Made by a program: the position numbers and the translations under genes | The notes under the pieces: generated by a model | The model's input: the letters and a program-made list of their open reading frames with translations, nothing else | Told to the model about the DNA's origin: nothing | Database searches by the model: none | Part shown: positions 62,478 through 64,000 of the stretch, piece after piece | Position numbering within the stretch: the stretch's first letter is position 1 | Layout: each line of letters begins with the position of its first letter | From: an uncultured Methanomicrobiales archaeon | GTDB taxonomy: Archaea > Halobacteriota > Methanomicrobia > Methanomicrobiales > Methanospirillaceae | Reading direction: 5' to 3' | Length of the DNA: 64,000 bases | NCBI GenBank assembly: GCA_963758915.1 | Contig: CAVWXH010000016.1 | Span: forward strand, 320,001 to 384,000

Positions 62478-63942
62478 ATGCTGATCAAAAAGACGAAGAG
62501 CCTGTGCCCTGTCTGCAATGCCGTGATTGAAGCGGATATTGTGGAGGAGGATGGTGGGGTATGGATACACCGTTCATGTCAGGAGCATGGATCATTTCGT
62601 GATCTCTACTGGTCTGACGTGGATATGTACCGCAGGTTCGATACCTATGAGAATATCGGATCGGGAGTCGAAAATCCGCAGCGCGAGGGCTCGGAAGAGA
62701 CCTGCCCTTCCAATTGCGGACTTTGCAGCAACCACAAGTCCGCCACCCTTCTCGCAAATATTGACCTCACAAACCGTTGCAATTTAAACTGTGACTTCTG
62801 TTTCGCAAACGCCCGCGCCTGTGGATATATTTACGAGCCCTCTTTTGACCAGATTGTTGAAATGCTCAAACTTCTGAGGGATGAAAAACCAGTCCCGGCC
62901 CCTGCAGTGCAGTTCTCAGGTGGCGAACCAACCATGCGCGAAGACCTGACGAGGATTATCAGGAAGGCGAAAGAACTCGGGTTTCCTCAGGTTCAGGTAG
63001 CCTCAAATGGCATAAAACTGGCAAAAGATATTAACTTTGTCCAGGAACTGAAAGATGCGGGTCTTTCTACCGTTTATCTCCATTTTGATGGTGTTACCAG
63101 GGATACAAACCCGAACCTGGCAATCGATGAAAAAGCAATTGCAAACTGCCAGAAAATCGGCCTTGGCATCGTCCTGGTCCCCACAATAATCCGGGGAAGG
63201 AATGACCACCAGATAGGGGACATCATCCGGTATGCAGCCGATCATATTTCAGTTGTCCGCGGTATAAATTTCCAGCCGATTGCATTTACCGGTGCAGCAA
63301 GCCAGGATGATGTTATCAGAGAGAGGGTCACGGTACCAGACATATCTGCAGCTGTTGAGGAACAGACGAGCGGTGTAATCAGGAAATCAGATTTTTACCC
63401 GATTCCCTGTGTGTTACCAATATCAGATCTCTTTGAAGCCTATGGAGGAAAACCCCAGATACAGTTCACTGCCCACCAGCATTGCGGGGCCGCCACCTAT
63501 GTATTTGTAACAGAAGATGGTCTCGTCCCTATTAACCGGATGATCGATGTTGACAGTTTCTTTGACATCTGTTGATGCAATGGCAGAAAAACTGAAAAAA
63601 GGAGGGTCACTGAATAAGTACAAGACCCTGATTGAGGGGATCAAGGCGCTCCATGACTCTGTGAAGAAAGGTGAACAGGGAAGTGCAATAGATTTCTGGA
63701 AACTTATCGGAAAAGCACTCCTGCTGCAGAATTTTGATGCGTTAAGGGAATTTCACTGGAATGCACTCTTTATAGGCACCATGCATTTCATGGACCGTTA
63801 TAACTATGACCTCTGCCGCGTCCAGCGGTGCTGTATCCACTATGCAACCCCCGATGGGACACTCATACCGTTTTGCACCTATAACTCCGGCCCGGTATAC
63901 CGGGAACAGGTCTGGCAGAGATGGAAGCAACCGGATGAATAA
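62478..63942 (+). CDS. tes: Tetraether lipid synthase (radical SAM, Tes/GDGT-MAS, MJ0619 family); frameshift near 63570
   Basis: N-terminal SLCPVC...C.EHG, CP.NCGLC..H, DLTNRCNLNCDFCF, SGGEPT, RG.NFQP, H.HCG..TY; C-terminal M.FMD.YNYD..RV.RCCIHY...DG..IPFC.YN in ORF 63547-63942. Confidence 0.85.
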
Positions 63943-64000
63943 ACGGGCAGTATTCCCTGTGGATAACGGGAAATACAAGTAATTTTAATCATAAAAATAC

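Noticed and set aside
62382-62570. N-terminal extension of the carS ORF to 62570
   Set aside because: It overlaps the divergent tes start and promoter region and has no CarS similarity.
62478-63942. Programmed frameshift or genuinely split tes
   Set aside because: No slippery sequence at the break; a single extra base explains it, as at many other sites.

Overview
This is a 64-kb archaeal chromosomal segment from a methanogen, most likely Methanomicrobiales (Methanoregula/Methanolinea-like; inferred from gene content). Housekeeping blocks include an archaeal histone, argH-gatD-gatE, rpl10e, a fumarase-kor-suc reductive TCA operon, carS-pyrE-purD-argF, and a tetraether lipid synthase divergent from carS. 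The central ~18 kb (25.7-43.9 kb) is a surface/signalling island. It holds four class III-signal pilin-like genes, a PilB/PilC-type ATPase and membrane platform, two Cys-rich cell-surface proteins and a KaiC-like ATPase pair. It is bracketed on both sides by the same two-gene module: a sensor ending in a His-less, HATPase-less HisKA-like helical domain, followed by an inactive RecA/KaiC-like protein. Four diverged copies of an unannotated ~230-bp intergenic element with a conserved terminal hairpin occur in both orientations. About a dozen genes carry frameshifts, mostly single-base insertions, which are probably assembly errors. I found no rRNA, tRNA, CRISPR array or transposase. All family assignments come from motif recognition by eye, not from database searches.
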